The notes below the pieces were generated by a model. It was not told the DNA's origin, did not search any database, and saw only the letters and a list, made by a program, of their open reading frames with translations. DNA of 64,000 nt from Felis catus. Its lineage: Eukaryota. Both the position numbers and the translations under genes were made by a program. The stretch lies in assembly GCF_018350175.1 (NCBI RefSeq), contig NC_058369.1:24926001-24990000 (forward strand), given 5' to 3'. Each line of letters opens with the position of its first letter. Within the stretch, counting starts at the first letter, position 1. Shown here piece after piece: positions 63,006 through 64,000 of this stretch.

Positions 63006-64000
63006 CTCAGGACACTAGTGGTCTTCACCCCACAGCTGCATCCCCTCCCCAAGGATGGACTGTTGTTGGCTTCAGTGTGCCGTTAGGCCATAGAGCAGCA
63101 ATCCTTGTCCCCAGCATGGACAGGTGGCTTTATAGGCAGCACACGTGTGCAGGCTTAAGAAACCTTTCAGTCCCTGTTCACCCACAGACTCACAGCAGCT
63201 GCGGACAAATTATTTGACTTTCCTGGGTCCCGTTTTGATCAAACCGAATGTAATGGATTAGAGTTTTTCAATCCAAGTCTCTTGGAACATTGACCGCTTA
63301 CATTTTATACCTAGGGAGTTAGGGCAAAGGAGCCCAGACATGAGTGGTGCTCTGTCTGATTTCCTGGGTGGGGGAAGGAGTGGAATACATCTGTCAGCAA
63401 ACCAGAACTGGGTGGCTCCACAGTTTCCTTTCATCGTGAAGATAATGAAATTCTACTGAATGTTACGTGATAGGGAAAGAGAAAGGGGAAGAGAGAGACT
63501 TTCAGGAATCAGGGGGGCTGGGGTGGCAGGAGGTTCATTTGAAACTGTTTACATAGTAACCACAATGAGCATACTTAGGTCTTAAGCTTACTCAGGGCGC
63601 TTTGGAGGTGGGGAGCTACTGGAGGTAATGGGAGGGAAGCTACATCCTTCCTCTTGAACCGACCACCATGGCACACAGCAGGCACTCAGTAGACGCTGGC
63701 AGAATTGAATTCAAATGAACACAGACTTGGATCAAACTGATAGAAGTTGAGCTGCTGCAGATGAAGGACTGCGTCAAAAAATGCTAACAATTTCTTTCCC
63801 TTGTTCCTAGCCACCCACTCCACCGTAAGCCAGTTTCAATCTCAAGATCAGTTCTTGTCCGTGTGAATGAGCGCACCTCTTCCCGCGGGATAACTGCAGG
63901 GGAGCCCTCCCTCTGCCTCTATCCCACGTTCTTGGAACCTGAACAAAGGTGAGCTGTCTGGGAGCGAAAAAATTCTTCTTGTTTTCATTTGTGTCCTTGC

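Noticed and set aside
50530..64000. Upstream coding exons of the long ARHGEF3 isoforms (recalled ...RKRKQSTQDEDAVSLCSLDIS)
   Set aside because: I found no matching coding sequence. They probably lie beyond the window.

Overview
This is mammalian genomic DNA. Abundant CAN-family SINEs of the felid SINEC_Fc type and a felid-type LINE-1 3' end point to a cat or close felid. The window holds the 5' part of ARHGEF3 (XPLN, a Dbl-family RhoA/RhoB GEF) on the minus strand. A GC-box/CpG-rich promoter lies at about 50.1-50.5 kb. Six coding exons follow: 50008-50103, 23383-23490, 8018-8188, 4721-4783, 2551-2647 and 2302-2378. They splice with GT-AG boundaries into one uninterrupted 204-codon frame covering the N-terminus and the start of the DH domain; the gene continues beyond position 1. 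The rest is intronic or upstream sequence rich in SINEs, MIRs, old L1/L2 fragments, DNA transposons, MaLR LTRs and microsatellites. Nearly all other ORFs in the track are repeat-derived or chance. I see no evidence of a wholly new genetic system. The best candidate for undescribed biology is a well-formed microexon in intron 2 (10601-10628). Its tandem acceptors would give either a stop-containing poison exon or an in-frame basic KRKLRS insert. Several informative retrotransposition structures are also present. Repeat subfamily names and orthologue comparisons come from my recall of consensus and protein sequences, not from a database search.
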